A model generated the notes under the pieces. That model worked only from the letters and a program-made list of their open reading frames with translations, was not told where the DNA came from and searched no databases. DNA of 63,546 nt, the filler included, from Parasitella parasitica NRRL 2501 (taxonomy: Eukaryota; Fungi; Mucoromycota), in NCBI GenBank assembly GCA_025201805.1. It is 11 parts of 11 records of this genome, joined end to end, with 100 filler letters (N's around TTAATTAATTAA, not from the genome) between each part and the next. Parts side by side here need not be neighbours in the genome. Positions count along the whole stretch, not along the records: positions 1 to 27,335 come from MU619281.1; 10 more parts are not named here. One strand, 5' to 3'. Shown piece after piece: positions 14,032 to 26,762 of this stretch. The position numbers and the translations under genes were made by a program. Every line of letters starts with the position of its first letter. Position 1 is the stretch's first letter.

Positions 14032-14641
14032 AGGGTTGATGATGTTGTTGTGCAGGAGATGACTGCTGTTGTTGAATAGGCTGTCTCACAATACTTGGCC
14101 TACGTTCGTTGAATGGTGGAGTAGCTGTACGATTGGGAATAGGTGGTAAAACAGTATTAGGTCCATTGGAATGATCACTAGACAGCGAGCTAACATGTGG
14201 CAATGTGTGGTGATTACCAAAGGAAGGCGACGCACTATTACGAGGAGGAGATAGTATGGATGGCAATTCAGTCACTCGCGGTGGTAATGGTCCGCTATTG
14301 GTGTTGTTCATGGACTGTGCTGCTACTGCTGAGGGAGATTGCTGTGGTTGGGATGTCACCAAAGAAGAGCTGCCGCTTTGAGCTAAAACGGGTGGTGGTG
14401 GTGGAAGGTGGTGAGAGTAAGGCGAGGGCACTGAGGGGGCAGCAGTACCAGAAGTGGTTTGGGCAGATTGCTGTGAACCAACAGACGGTGACCTATATAT
14501 TGAAACAAAGAATCAAATCCCACAAGGAGAAATAACAAGCAAAAGGATGATGATAATTGATGAGTTGTCTTGATGCTCTACAAATAATATCATTGCATAT
14601 ATTTACCGTATATTTGGAGGCGGCTGAATGGGGGATGACAT
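9741..14641 (-). CDS. SIN3: Sin3 transcriptional corepressor (PAH1-3, HID, Sin3a_C), multi-exon
   Basis: PAH1 ([17 protein letters not shown]), PAH2 ([15 protein letters not shown]), PAH3, HID ([18 protein letters not shown]...[12 protein letters not shown]), C-terminal [13 protein letters not shown]. Probable ATG 14641 in a short first exon. Confidence 0.95.
13975..14030 (-). repeat. CAG/CAA trinucleotide repeat encoding polyQ in the Sin3 N-terminus
   Basis: (tgc/tgt)n tract on + strand, in frame as a Q run. Confidence 0.85.
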
Positions 14642-16035
14642 AACTGGATTAAGTAAAGTGAAGCTAAAGGAAGAAAGAGGAGGGTGTAAATGGCCCATAC
14701 AGTTGCTTCTTTTCCTGGGACCAGAGGAGTCCAAATGCAACAACAAGCCACTTGGACATGCTGCCATATTCAGCATTGGATTGCTTCAACTCTGACGGCT
14801 CTTAACCTCTCTCTCTCTCTCCCTCTCTCTCGCTCTATCCATCAAACCAAATGTTTATCATGCTGGATTTTCTATTATTCTGCGATAGTATTCAGCTTTA
14901 AAGCAGGGATCTTTCGGCCGTGTCTTAAGATTATGAAATATGCGCTCATAGATCGACGGTACATGTGGCCAGGAACATGGCGTAGTAGTTGAATTACGCA
15001 GAAGCATTAGAATGCCGCGAGAAGATTTTGTATAGTATTGCAAGAATTTAATGCAAAAATCACCAAGAGTACGCTAAACCTGTTCTATCATGCCATCGAC
15101 AGGACTTACTCTCAAATGAAATCCTCGTGTTGCACATCCGCGGAGTCAGTATATCCTTTGAAGTAGTAGATGTCGATAGCTACACATATTTGGCAAAAGG
15201 GTGATCCATGCAAAAAATCTAAACAAATCTCTTGAAAAATACTATGGTTACATGTTGGAGATGTCAAAATATAATCGAACTAGGCTTTTTTATATTGAAA
15301 AGCATGTAACACATATAGAGGAAATCCTTTGAATATCTGACACCTGTTTTTGCACGATTTAAAAATCATGTAATTACAGCGAGAATTTACATGGAAGAAA
15401 GAAAACTATCGTACGATCGACTAAAAGAAAGGAAAAGAAACCACCAAGACTATAGCTACGTATTTCTTCCATCATTTCAATGCATTCAATACTTGAAAAT
15501 GCTGCAAAGTTTCCTTAATACAGCTTAGATTTGAAGTGATTAATGCATATTTATACGCCGATACGGCCCTGCATATTTCGCTTGAAATGCGTTTTACTAG
15601 CACATGAGATCAATTGGAAATATGTGATTGTTAAATTGTATTCATTCTAGTTTAGTCTTGCAAGCAAAATGTCCTGTGTGCATCTTCACTGTTATAAAGA
15701 CATCGATTGAATGTATTCCCAATAAATGCCAAGTTTTGGCGTATTCACATTTGCCACTTTTTTGTCGTTAACAAGAGATTCTCCATCATCTTCATTGGCA
15801 GCGCATTCTACGTATACCTTGGGCTAACAATGCCTGTTATTCTCTACTGCATCTTTTGGAAATGATAAAACCAATCATACAATACACCGTTTAAAGGAGA
15901 GAATGGTTTTGATGGCATTGCAATGTCTCATATCTGCGCATGCTTGATACGTCACGAATGAAATGTCAAAAGGCCTTTCACTGATCTTTTTCCGATTCCT
16001 CATTCTTTTTATCCAACATACAACGACTGTGCATC

Positions 16036-16478
16036 ATGTCCTCGCAACCTTTATTGGAGCCTTCAGGAAAACGGATTGCGTTGCCGGTTCGAGTTGAGCC
16101 CAAAGTGTTCTTTGCGAATGAGCGTACGTTTCTATCCTGGCTGAATTTCACAGTTGTACTTGGCGGTTTAGCAATGGGTTTATTGAATTTTGGTGATCAC
16201 ATCAGCCGCTTATCTGCCATGTTGTTTACAGTCACTGCCATGTTTGTTATGCTGTATGCATTGTATACTTTCCATTGGAGAGCCACCAAAATTAGAAACA
16301 GGGAAGCAGCACCGTATGACGACCGAGTTGGTCCTACCGTTCTCTGTATATTTTTGATCCTTGCAGTTGCGTTCAACTTTTATCGTAAGCATCCTTATAC
16401 TAATTTGCCAATCAGCAGCTCGATGGCTAACATCCGTGTCCGTTTATAGTGCGTCTCACCAATCTTCCAGAACAATAG
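16036..16478 (+). CDS. VTC1: Vacuolar transporter chaperone 1 (polyphosphate polymerase complex subunit); intron 16385-16449
   Basis: [26 protein letters not shown], three TM segments, PYDDRVGP; splicing gives ...[11 protein letters not shown]. Confidence 0.95.
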
Positions 16479-16686
16479 CGAAAATCCCCGTCTACCGTAT
16501 ATCATCAAATGTATTGTAAAATGTCAGCGTCAAAATGTATACTGGAATTTTATTTTAAAATAAAAAAGAGCCAAACATAGTTTATCTGTTTAAAAACATT
16601 GCATGGTAAAGACGATGCAAAAAGGGCCTAAAAATTCCTGCATGGTGATACTACGATATACGGTATATACCAGTCGATGAAGCAAA

Positions 16687-16695
16687 ATGACTCAC
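16687..16695 (+). promoter_or_regulatory. Gcn4/CpcA-type element ATGACTCAC upstream of TRP4
   Basis: Perfect TGACTCA ~110 bp upstream of the ATG of an amino-acid biosynthetic gene. Confidence 0.6.
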
Positions 16696-16805
16696 CACTA
16701 CCTCCTTCATTGAATTCTCCGCCCACAGCCATTTGATAAGCTTAAAATTTTTTACTGCCATCTCTCTCTCTCTCTCTCTCTAATTCAATCAACACTCTAA
16801 TCATT

Positions 16806-18042
16806 ATGAAGAATACCATCAAAAAGTTAATCCATGACCCAACACAGTTTTCGCCAGAGGATGCTGAGCACGCCATCAACGAAATCATGAAGGGGTCTGC
16901 CACTCCAAGTCAGATATCAGCCTTCTTAGTGTCACTCAGATTGCAAGGCAAAGACAACGATCCTCATATCGTGGCCGCTTGTGCCACTGCCATGCGCAGC
17001 CATGCTAAAATTGTGCCTTACGATGATTTCATGCATTTGACTGGAAACGTAGTGGATATTGTAGGCACGGGCGGCGATGGTCATGACACATACAATGTGT
17101 CTACCACTGCGTCTATTGTTGCTGCTGGAGCCGGTGCCAAAGTAGCCAAGGTATTTATGACGGCGAAAGAGGTGGCGAGAAAGGGGGGGGGGAGATGGAG
17201 GTTTGTCTTTGCACGAGATGCTTAATAAATGGGTGTCATTAGCATGGCAACAGAGCCGCGTCGTCTAAATCTGGCTCTGCAGACCTGATGGAAGCCCATG
17301 GATGTCAGATTTCAAAGGTTGAACCAGACCAGGTTGCTGGAATCCTCGACAGGACCAACTTCTGCTTTTTATTCTCACAAACATACCACCCTGCAATGAA
17401 GCATGTCGCAGCGTTAAGAAAGGAAATCGCAGTGCCTACGGTGTTCAATATGCTGGGCCCAATGTCGAATCCTGCTCACCCTACCCGTGTGGTGGTTGGA
17501 GTCCATTCGCCTGAAATTGGAGAACTAATGGCAAATGCACTCAAACTGACTGGTGTCAAGGAAGCGCTGGTTGTTTGTGGATCAGAGAAATTAGACGAGA
17601 TAAGTCCAGCTGGCGAGACAAATGTAAGTTGAGAGGGGGAGGGGGAAGGAGAGTTTGTGAATGATAGAGCTTTTCATGTAACCTCTGGACATAGTACTGG
17701 AGAATTCATGGCTCAGGAGACATCACTGTTGGCAAATTACATCCTGCCCGCGATTTTGGCTTACAAACACATCCTCTATCTCAAGTCAAAGGTGGCGATT
17801 GCTACGAAAATGCTGCAACATTGGACAGATTATTGAACGGCGAGTTGGAGGAAAACAACCCCATCCTGGATTTTGTGTTATTAAACGCAGCAGCTTTATT
17901 AGTTGTGTCTGGCGTAGCGTTGGATTTTAAAGAGGGTGTTTTAAAAGCACGCGAGTCTATCAGCAGTGGCAGAGCAAAGGGTGTGCTGGAGGCCTTCAAA
18001 CAGGAGACGTTATCAAGTAGCAAAAAGCTGGCTGGTAATTAA
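16806..18042 (+). CDS. TRP4: Anthranilate phosphoribosyltransferase; introns 17151-17242, 17624-17694
   Basis: DIVGTGGDGHDTYNVST, KHGNRAASSKSGSAD (spliced), PTVFNMLGPMSNP, LDEISPAG. Confidence 0.95.
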
Positions 18043-19301
18043 GGCAACCTTTGCACGAGTTTTGTAATTGGGTGACACATAATATTCGCTTGTGGACACT
18101 ATCAAATCTCGGGTGGTTTCCCTTGGGCTTGACGCCAACTCAATACCATCTAAACTGTTTAAAATAAAAGAAATAGATGTAAACGATAGAGCATAAATAT
18201 CAACTGACTTGGCGTTGGTCTGAAGCAGCATGAATTTGTCTTGCATGTATGAAAATTGATGGTCCAAAGGCTATGTCAACAGCAGATAAACTCAGTGTCT
18301 TTTCTGCTGTAATTAATACAAGGTTACCTGGCTATTTTTCGTCAGTTGTTTTAATTGATTAAATTGATGAGGATCTTGCAACTTGACGCAGACATGGCAC
18401 GGGAAATAAGCTTGCAGTGTCGCTTGCTGGCTGAATGAGATCGACAATGAGTCTATATGAGTTATTTTTAGTAACATTTACCCAGGTTTGATTATCATAC
18501 ATTTTTAGTTTTACCAAACCACGAAAGATCCTCAAGCCATTCAATTGCGCACGTTTCTGACGAGAATGGCTGTGAGGCCTGTCTGTAGCTGCAGTAAGCC
18601 CTTAATTCTGACTGGATATCACCGACACGCACATCAGGCAACAGGTCAAAGCAGAGAAACAGATGCTGAGGTCCGTCGCTGCTGCATTTGTTGAGATGTG
18701 CAGTTTCAGGAATGAATTTGTTGGGTAAACAGCAGATGTGTGCTTGCGTGATATTTCTTTTGGTTTTTTTTTTTTTTTTTTTTTTTTTTNNNNNNNNNNN
18801 NNNNNNNNNTTTTTTTATATATATATATGTATATATGTTTGAGTATGCATAACGCCTCACCAATGGAGCACTTACAATGCATGGCCTTGAGCTTGAAGCC
18901 AAACTCTTCTATTTATAAACCAGCCACGGCATTTGATAATTGTAAAGCCATGAGCTTGCTGTGCTGGCAAAGTGTCTTTTATATCGATGCCGCCGCCGCC
19001 GCTGCTGCTGCTGTTGGGAATGATGGGAATCAGGGCTCCTTGATCTTTGTCTAGAGAAATTCTCTTTATTTTCGTCACATTTTCAGTCAATGCATTCACG
19101 AGGTGGTTTTGTAATACATAGTGCGATTCTTGCAGCAATGTTCTCTTTGTTGCTTTCTACAAATAGGACGCGTGAGTGGGCTTCTTTGTCCACGCTGTTT
19201 GCAAAGCTTACTCTAGTTGTGATGTTCCGTTTCTCGTTTTGACAGGACCGCAATTTATCTTGGATGATCTTGTACGTGTTTTTCAACTGTGTCGTGTCCA
19301 T
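18013..19301 (-). CDS. Hypothetical multi-exon protein
   Basis: ATG 19301; a GTAAGC...GTAG intron (~19211-19157) joins ORFs 19083-19349 and 18872-19138 in frame; further GT-AG-bounded exons run to stop 18013. Middle exons uncertain; no family recognised. Confidence 0.5.
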
Positions 19302-19571
19302 CTCCACATATGCGAGCCGGTAAAATGGTAAAGAGAAAGTGATCTGCAAGTCTTAAATGCTCAAATAGAGCGAATTGTGACACTTTGCAATTGGATGGTT
19401 TCTTTCTGAGCTTTGTTTTGTTGATTAGCACGAAGGGTCTGTGCTACACCTTTAGTGGTATAAAATAAGTTCATCCTCCCAGTTTTCCCTTTCTTTCTCC
19501 TTTCTTTTCTTCCTTTCCTCTTTTCTTTGATTTATCTCTATTATATCATCTTTTTTTTTCCTTAAAACAAT

Positions 19572-20955
19572 ATGAAGGCTCTTATTCTTGTTGGTGGTAA
19601 GTCTTGTCTATATGCCGTCTTTTCTTGTACTAATCTAACAATGCACACTCTATCTCGCATTCAAGGCTTTGGTACCCGTCTCAGACCTCTTACCCTCACT
19701 CTCCCTAAACCCCTCGTAGAGTTTGCTAATAGACCCATGATTCTTCACCAAATAGAAAGTCTTGCAAAGGTAAAGAAAAAAAACCACAAAGAAGCAAAAC
19801 GTTATCATTGTCTCTAAATAGCAATGTAATTTTAGGCTGGTGTCACCGACATTGTCTTGGCTGTTAACTATAGACCTGAAATCATGGTTGCTGCCTTGAA
19901 GGAATACGAGCAGGAGTACGGCGTGAAAATCACCTTTTCTGTTGAAACTGAGCCTCTTGGCACTGCTGGCCCTCTGGCTTTGGCCCGAGAGATCCTTGGC
20001 AAAGACGAATCTCCATTCTTTGTGCTGAACAGCGACGTTATCTGTGATTATCCATTCGGACAAATCAGAGATTTCCATCAGTCGCATGGTAACGAGGGTA
20101 CAATTATCGTAAGTTGTGTTGTGGAAAAGACGTGTCTGTGTAAAATTCACTAAGCACTTTGTTTTCTTTGTTCTAACTATTTAAGGTGACTAAAGTCGAC
20201 GATCCTTCCAAGTACGGTGTTGTCGTAAACCACTCAAATTCAACGAAAATCGAGAGATTCGTTGAAAAGCCCCAACAATTTATTAGCAACAAAATTAATG
20301 CTGGTATCTACATCTTCAACCCTTCCGTTTTGGACCGAATTGAGGCAAGTTTCTATTTAAACAGCCCATCGCGTGATTTTAACCATATTTTTATTTTTTA
20401 TTTTTATTTTTTTTATTTATACAGTTGAAACCTACTTCAATTGAAAAAGAAATCTTCCCTTGCATTGCCAAGGATGGCCAGCTACATACATTTGATTTGG
20501 AGGGTTTCTGGATGGATGTCGGCCAACCGAAAGATTATTTGACCGGTACCTGTCTTTACCTTTCGCATTTAGCAAAGAGCAGACCCCAAGATCTCGCTAA
20601 TCCCACATTGGATTATGTTTACAAGGGCAATGTTATTGTTCATCCCTCTGCAAAGATCGGTAAGGATTGTCGCATTGGCCCCAATGTAGTTATTGGTCCC
20701 AATGTAGTCATTGGTGATGGTGTTCGTCTCCAACGTTGTGTTATTATGGAAGGTGCCAAGGTCAAAGACTTTGCTTGGGTTCAGTCTAGCATTGTTGGCT
20801 GGCATTCATCTATTGGCCGTTGGTCGAGACTAGAAGGCTGCTCCGTCTTGGGCGATGATGTTACGATTAGCGACGAAATTTACGTTAATGGTGGATCCAT
20901 CTTGCCTCACAAGACTATTTCAGCAAACATAACCGAACCTCAAATTATCATGTAA
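19572..20955 (+). CDS. MPG1: Mannose-1-phosphate guanylyltransferase; introns 19597-19665, 19770-19835, 20109-20185, 20345-20424 (GC-AG)
   Basis: [56 protein letters not shown]-terminal hexapeptide repeats. Confidence 0.96.
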
Positions 20956-21102
20956 ATAGCACAGCAAAAGACAAAAAAAAAAAAAAAAACACATTTAGTT
21001 TATATCTTTATTTGAAGTTCTCCTCTTTTCTCTTTCTTATATTCAATCGCATATATATCTTCTTTTTTTAATATGAAAAACACCCTAATAAACACACCAT
21101 AG

Positions 21103-22574
21103 TTACATTAAACATTCGCCATGAAATGACTTGACCCAAGGATCAGATTCTATATCCGATAATTTCATACGAAACAATGGTTCCTTTTGGAGCAGTTTTG
21201 AAATGAAGCTTCGAGCATGCATGCTGATATCGTCTGGGAACTCAACTTTGGCTTCCAGTATTCTTTCATAGGTATCTTCGGGATCTTGCTTTGTAGAGGT
21301 CTCTTTTTCGAAAGGTGGTTTGCCGACCAACAGTTCGTAGCAAAGAATACCGAGTGCCCATGAGTCGACTGATTCGTTGTGAGTCTGGTTTTTGACCATT
21401 TCAGGCGGCAGGTAATCCAATGTGCCACAAAATGTGTTTCGTCTAATGAATAAATGAATAAATGAATTAGCTTGATATTAATTATGTAGCTCAAGTTTAC
21501 CGTGGTTTTGGATCGTAAACTGCCCAGCCAAAGTCTGCTATTTTTAGGGTACCGTCTTTACTAATTAATACTGCCAAGACGGGATGGTCAGTAAATGGTA
21601 GATAAAATTAGAGGGGGACACAAAGGCTTACTGTTCTCGAGTTTGATGTCTCTGTGAAAAACACCCAGTCTATGCATGTAGGTCAACGCATCAGCAATTT
21701 CAATAATATACTACATTGAGACATAAGTCAGGAACGACTCTTTGCCAATTTGTATAGATCTGCATTTTACGTTTACTGTTTCGGCTTCAGTGAACCTTTT
21801 AAATGATGCCAGACAGGTATACAGGTCGCTATCGCCGGCATATTCAAGTACGAGGTATATGTTCTCTTTGTTGTGAAAATAACCGTAAAGACGAGTTATA
21901 TTAGGATGACTACCGAGATTAAAATGGTGTAAAAATACAATATTTCGTTGCGAGTAAAATGGATGTCGTGTATATTTACTTGAGGTGTCCTTGGATTTCA
22001 ATTTCCCGCTTCAAGAATGGCACGACCCCAGCCATCTCTAATTCCTGCTTCTTCAGTATCTTGAGTGCAACTATTTGTCCAGAGCGTTTCTCCCTGGCAA
22101 TGTAAACTGTGCCAAACTTGCCTGTACCTAGATTGTGCCCAACCAGAAAATCATTGATAGTCCAATTGGTTCGTCTTTACAGCATTGTTTGTTATTTAAG
22201 ATACAACTAATTGTTTGCTTTCTCGCTTACTGTGTTAGTGGTGGTAATTTTGATTGGTGTGCATGAAAATATTGCTTGTCTTCTACGTCGACAACATGCT
22301 CGCTGAGGGAGAAGGTTCGTCTCACGGCTGGCGAGTCCATGTAATCCAAATTTTCGTTGAATTTTTCGTCAGCTTCTAACGCTAAACGATGGTAAAAGTT
22401 TGATCGTCGCTGTTTAGCATAGGTGATGCTATTTGGCACATCCTCCAGGTTAGGCTCTTTATCGAATGTGAATGATGATGATGTCTGTATGCGTCTTGGT
22501 GTATAGTCTACGTAATTTGATAATAATGCATTGGTTTGTGAGGCAGGGCGAGTAGGTGATTTGAATATCTCCAT
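21103..22574 (-). CDS. IPL1: Aurora-family Ser/Thr kinase, multi-exon
   Basis: [68 protein letters not shown]. Confidence 0.88.
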
Positions 22575-22960
22575 CTTAATAGCACAAAGAACAGGACAGC
22601 AGCAAACACGCGCAACATGCTTTTTTCTTTTGCGTTGTTGCTGTGACGTTTGCAATAAAGTGCCCAGCTATCAAACAAAGCAAAACGTATGTGATATATC
22701 ATCATTATTAAACAACCACTTCAGTTGTGATATCAATTAATATACCAAGGCCGAAAGATTGGCATAAACATCGGGGGGGGGGGGGTTCATAATTCCTGTT
22801 GAAACCGATTTGCTTTTTTTTCTTTTCAATTAATTAACTCATAGAAGGGTGGCTTTATCTGACGTTTCATTGCCATTGCAATATATAAACCTCTCTTTGC
22901 CTCTGCTTCTTTCTTTTCTTCTTTCTTTTTCTAATCTCATATACTCTCTCGATTAAAGCC

Positions 22961-23184
22961 ATGATTTGCAGCAAAAACAAGTTTTTTTTGTTCATGTTTT
23001 TACTATATAGTTTGATATTCTCAGCAAATGCAGCAGGTAAGGGTGTGGATCAGAAATCAGTAATTAGGCATGTTTAATGACATTAATATCAATCAAAGGC
23101 AGGCCATGTATAGTTGGATTAGACGACTGTCCTGATAACGAAACTTGTATTGTACAAGAAGGCGACTATGGCCACTGTGGATAA
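22961..23184 (+). CDS. Small secreted cysteine-rich peptide, 53 aa; exons 22961-23036 and 23099-23184
   Basis: Spliced product MICSKNKFFLFMFLLYSLIFSANAAGRPCIVGLDDCPDNETCIVQEGDYGHCG*. Signal-peptide-like exon 1, GTAAGG...AAG intron, TATATAAA at ~22882, CT-rich leader, AAAGCCATG context. Confidence 0.7.
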
Positions 23185-25513
23185 ATGTTTTAATATTCTA
23201 TTGCCAAAGAGCTTGTACTTGCCAGAATAAACCAATGATTACACGATGCATGAATGAAAAAAATAAAAGTCGGATAATTTTCTTTTCTTTTCTGCAAATC
23301 ATACAAACACCTACTTTTAATAATGAATCGTTCTCATTGCTAAGCTAGAGCTGTTGAGCTCAATTTAACTCGAAGGAAAAAAATGCATTTTGCCAAATTT
23401 TTATTAGGCAAAGTATGTGTATTCGCACATAGTCAATGCATGTCATGTGATCCATCTAGCTGATTCTGCCAGATGCAAAGATTATACGTTAAAGCCAACA
23501 TCACATTGTCATGTGCATGTTCAGACAGCGTTGTTTGCTAAAAGTGTAATCGAGCCCAAAGACTGCAAGCCATGGCTAGGCTTACTACACTATTCTACGC
23601 AGCGCTTTTATGTCCAACAACACCATTTTTTGTTTTGAATTCTAGTGTGTAGACTTGGACTGAATTATGTCCAGAATATATTGCTGCTTGAGTTGACCCT
23701 GATAGTCGACTATATAATTCCAGGAGTCGCACTTTTGATTTAGCAGCTACAAACGAAAACTGCACCTGCATTTTTCGTTGGTGAAGTGTAATTATAGAAT
23801 TTCTTGCAGCACTTGGATTCACTAAAGACTCCTCTAATATTGAAATACACTGAAAAAAACAACAGGAAGCTTTTCAGTGCTAAATAAACGAATACTCAAT
23901 TTCTGCTTTTCTTGTGATGGTGAAGAGTGCGGCATGTTTATGATTATTTCAATTCACATTATACACAAACTGTTTCTTCAGAAGTTTTGCACATCGTTGC
24001 TTTAACAGTTGATAAATACACAATGTAAAGCGATTTAAATTTACTATCATTTTCTTACATCAAAAGTGTGCAATAAGAAGAAGAAAAAAAAAATACTATG
24101 GGAAGCAGACTTTTAATTTGAAGAATAAGCAAGCACTGTATGATGACATTTTGCAATACTAGTTTTCGCAAATAAACTACTTCTGAGCCTCTAATCGTCG
24201 CATTTGTTCATTCATCTTTTTTGCACGTCTGTTAATATCTAGTATATTTCTATTACAAGGAGCTGGAGACATGACTTCGAGACGTTTTGAAACCATGAAC
24301 ATTCATATTCGTCTATTTCTTCTCAAGAAATTATCAGGTTACTTTACTTCTAGCATAAAGTAAGATCGTTTTATAACTTTCGACAGAGAATAATAGTAAA
24401 ATTCAAAATTCTTTCGTATGAGCTGGTTTGCTCTCACAACCTTTTAGGCAAAAAAAACCCTTTTATTAACAGGCAAATTTGTATCATCACAATAAGAATT
24501 GCATAAAAGTTGTCTAAAGTCCAACAGCCAAACCCTAACAGGGAAGACGAGAATATTAAGACTGAATAAGATGGTACGGGTTGCAAATACTACGACGGAA
24601 GTTATGCTTCAATGGAAGTGTAACTTGTATAAAGTTGTGTTAATGGGCGAGAGAAAATGGGATGTTGCAGAAGATGACTAGTATTGAGAGGATTTAGAAA
24701 TTGAATGCAGAATGCACACTAATAATAGTAATAAATTTAAAAAAAGTGCAGGATTCAAGAGTCTGTTAGGTAATCCTATGTAAAGAAGAAACAGATGTCA
24801 ATTTCAGATATTTCAATATAATGGCAAGGAACTTGTAGTATTAATTCAACGTGTTGTGCAAGTGTAAAGGGCTTGGCAAAGTGTTGCTCAAATGTAATGT
24901 AAAAACCGATAAGGACTTTTGTGGAATCGGTATAAATTGTTATATGGATTCACGGAAAAAAGTTATAATAAAAAAAAACCAGTAATGTCAACTTGATAAA
25001 GGTATAGGTTTTATTATCAAATCGACAGGTGTATAAGCTCTCGCTCATCTACTGGCCAGGTAGATGAATCTTTATATACTTAAGCTATGGATAAATGTTC
25101 TTCTCTCGCAATTTAGCATATGTACGACAATACTGCGTAACTAGCATCTTAACTTTGTGCTAACCAAAATATCAGCAGGCTCAAGATAACTTAAATCTAT
25201 TTGAGTGAGGAGATAGACTTTACCCGAGGTACCCTGATAAATCTTCTATACAAAGATAATTAATATCGATCCATAAGCGAATATCATTTCTTGTATAGTC
25301 TTATCCAGTCTATATTAATAGTACATGTCTGAGTGTTGTATATCACTTGATATTCATCTTAGCATATTTCGGTCTATGTAGCATGTCTATAGCATGTCAT
25401 AAGCATATCTATAGCATTGCACATATTGTACAAGTCTGTTGTAGTACATAATGATGTATCTGTAGCTAGTATCATTAATATAAGTATATGTCTTATAGTG
25501 CGTATCTAGAAAC

Positions 25514-25790
25514 TGGGAATACGCATCTGAAGCATTTAAATCTTATATAGCATAAGCTCGTAGCATACACTAGATTTAGTAAATGTCTAAGACTCGTGTC
25601 GAGATAAAAGTATCAGTCTATAGCGTCGTCCATCCTAATGGTGCCATCTCTAGCTTATATCTTATACAGTATAAATCCGTACTGCACATCTTATTATCTG
25701 TGCGCATATGTAGTCTATATCAATTTAAGGTAACTGAATGAATCTAAAAGTGGAATGCAGATTATCATCATAATAGTAAATGTATTTCAC
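25514..25790. repeat. Dispersed repeat X (second copy ~49518-49800)
   Basis: Shared sequence tgggaatacgcatctgaagcat...tgtatttcac. Confidence 0.8.
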
Positions 25791-26041
25791 AACTTTCTCT
25801 GCTGAATAAAACCAGCAGATACAAAATTGAAGAATTTTATATTGACATAATAAAATATGATCCCTATTTATACTAATCATTGTTTACACCACGGGATTTC
25901 TAGTACATACCTATTCTTTTAGTTCACATTAAAGAGAAGATGTGAGTACGATGTCTACCCGACATCCCGCGAACTGACCTTGATGTAAACTTTAAATAAG
26001 CTTACAATATTAAAAAAAGAGGTTCAATTACAACAGCTTGT

Positions 26042-26254
26042 TGTTATATCAATAACATGGCAAGGTCTCACATCAGGATCTCAGATCAGTCCCAGGGTCT
26101 TACAGTAAATCATGGGTAGTCATGGTTTACACTATGCAGCTAAACAGTAGTGAACCCTAGTGTGATGAATGTGTATATAATACATCGAGAGATGTATTAT
26201 GAATAAAAGGGTAATTCTTTGGCAGATTTATTTTATCAGACTTTTGACATAACA
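26042..26254 (+). mobile_element. Solo LTR, family A, TSD CTTGT
   Basis: TGTTAT...ATAACA termini; CTTGT at 26037-41 and 26255-59; near-identical to 5' LTR at 46258-46468. Confidence 0.92.
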
Positions 26255-26452
26255 CTTGTAACTTATTCCTTATTTGTAAAGGTATTTTTATCAATAATAA
26301 TTAATTTCATGATCCGTATGTTATCACTCTATGTTAGATATGATATATGTAATAAGCCTTTATATGTAGATACAACTGCAATAAAATTGGGATCAATTTT
26401 ATGTGAAAATAAAAAAAGTAAAAAAATAAAGCCAGAGAAATACAATTATAGT

Positions 26453-26762
26453 TGATTTATCAGAATGAGAAATTATTCAAATAAAACGGTTGTGAATTAA
26501 TCAGGTAAAGATCTCGTTTATTACATGGAAAAGATGATGGTTTATATACTAGTGAATCTAAGTGGACTGATGGGAGGATAAGATACAAGTGTGAGACATG
26601 GTGTGATTTAGAGAATGGAACGATAGATCGTATCTATTATCCATGAACATGTCATGTTGAGTTATAAATAAGGAACATGATCCATTGGGATATGTTCCTG
26701 AATTGTGTTCAGGATTGAGTTTACTTGAGTTTGACTTCCGGTTGGGAAATTGACACATCAAT
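26453..26762. repeat. Dispersed repeat Y (copies ~53493-54042, ~57740-57922 inverted, partial ~50207)
   Basis: Near-identical sequence; also explains the duplicated spurious ORF CQFPNRKSNSS. Confidence 0.85.

Noticed and set aside
16036-22574. VTC1-TRP4-MPG1-Aurora as a functional gene cluster
   Set aside because: Unrelated housekeeping functions; ordinary compact gene order.
25030-25668. LTR defined by TGTATAAG...CTTATACA
   Set aside because: No TSD, and homology with the 49518 copy continues past 25668.
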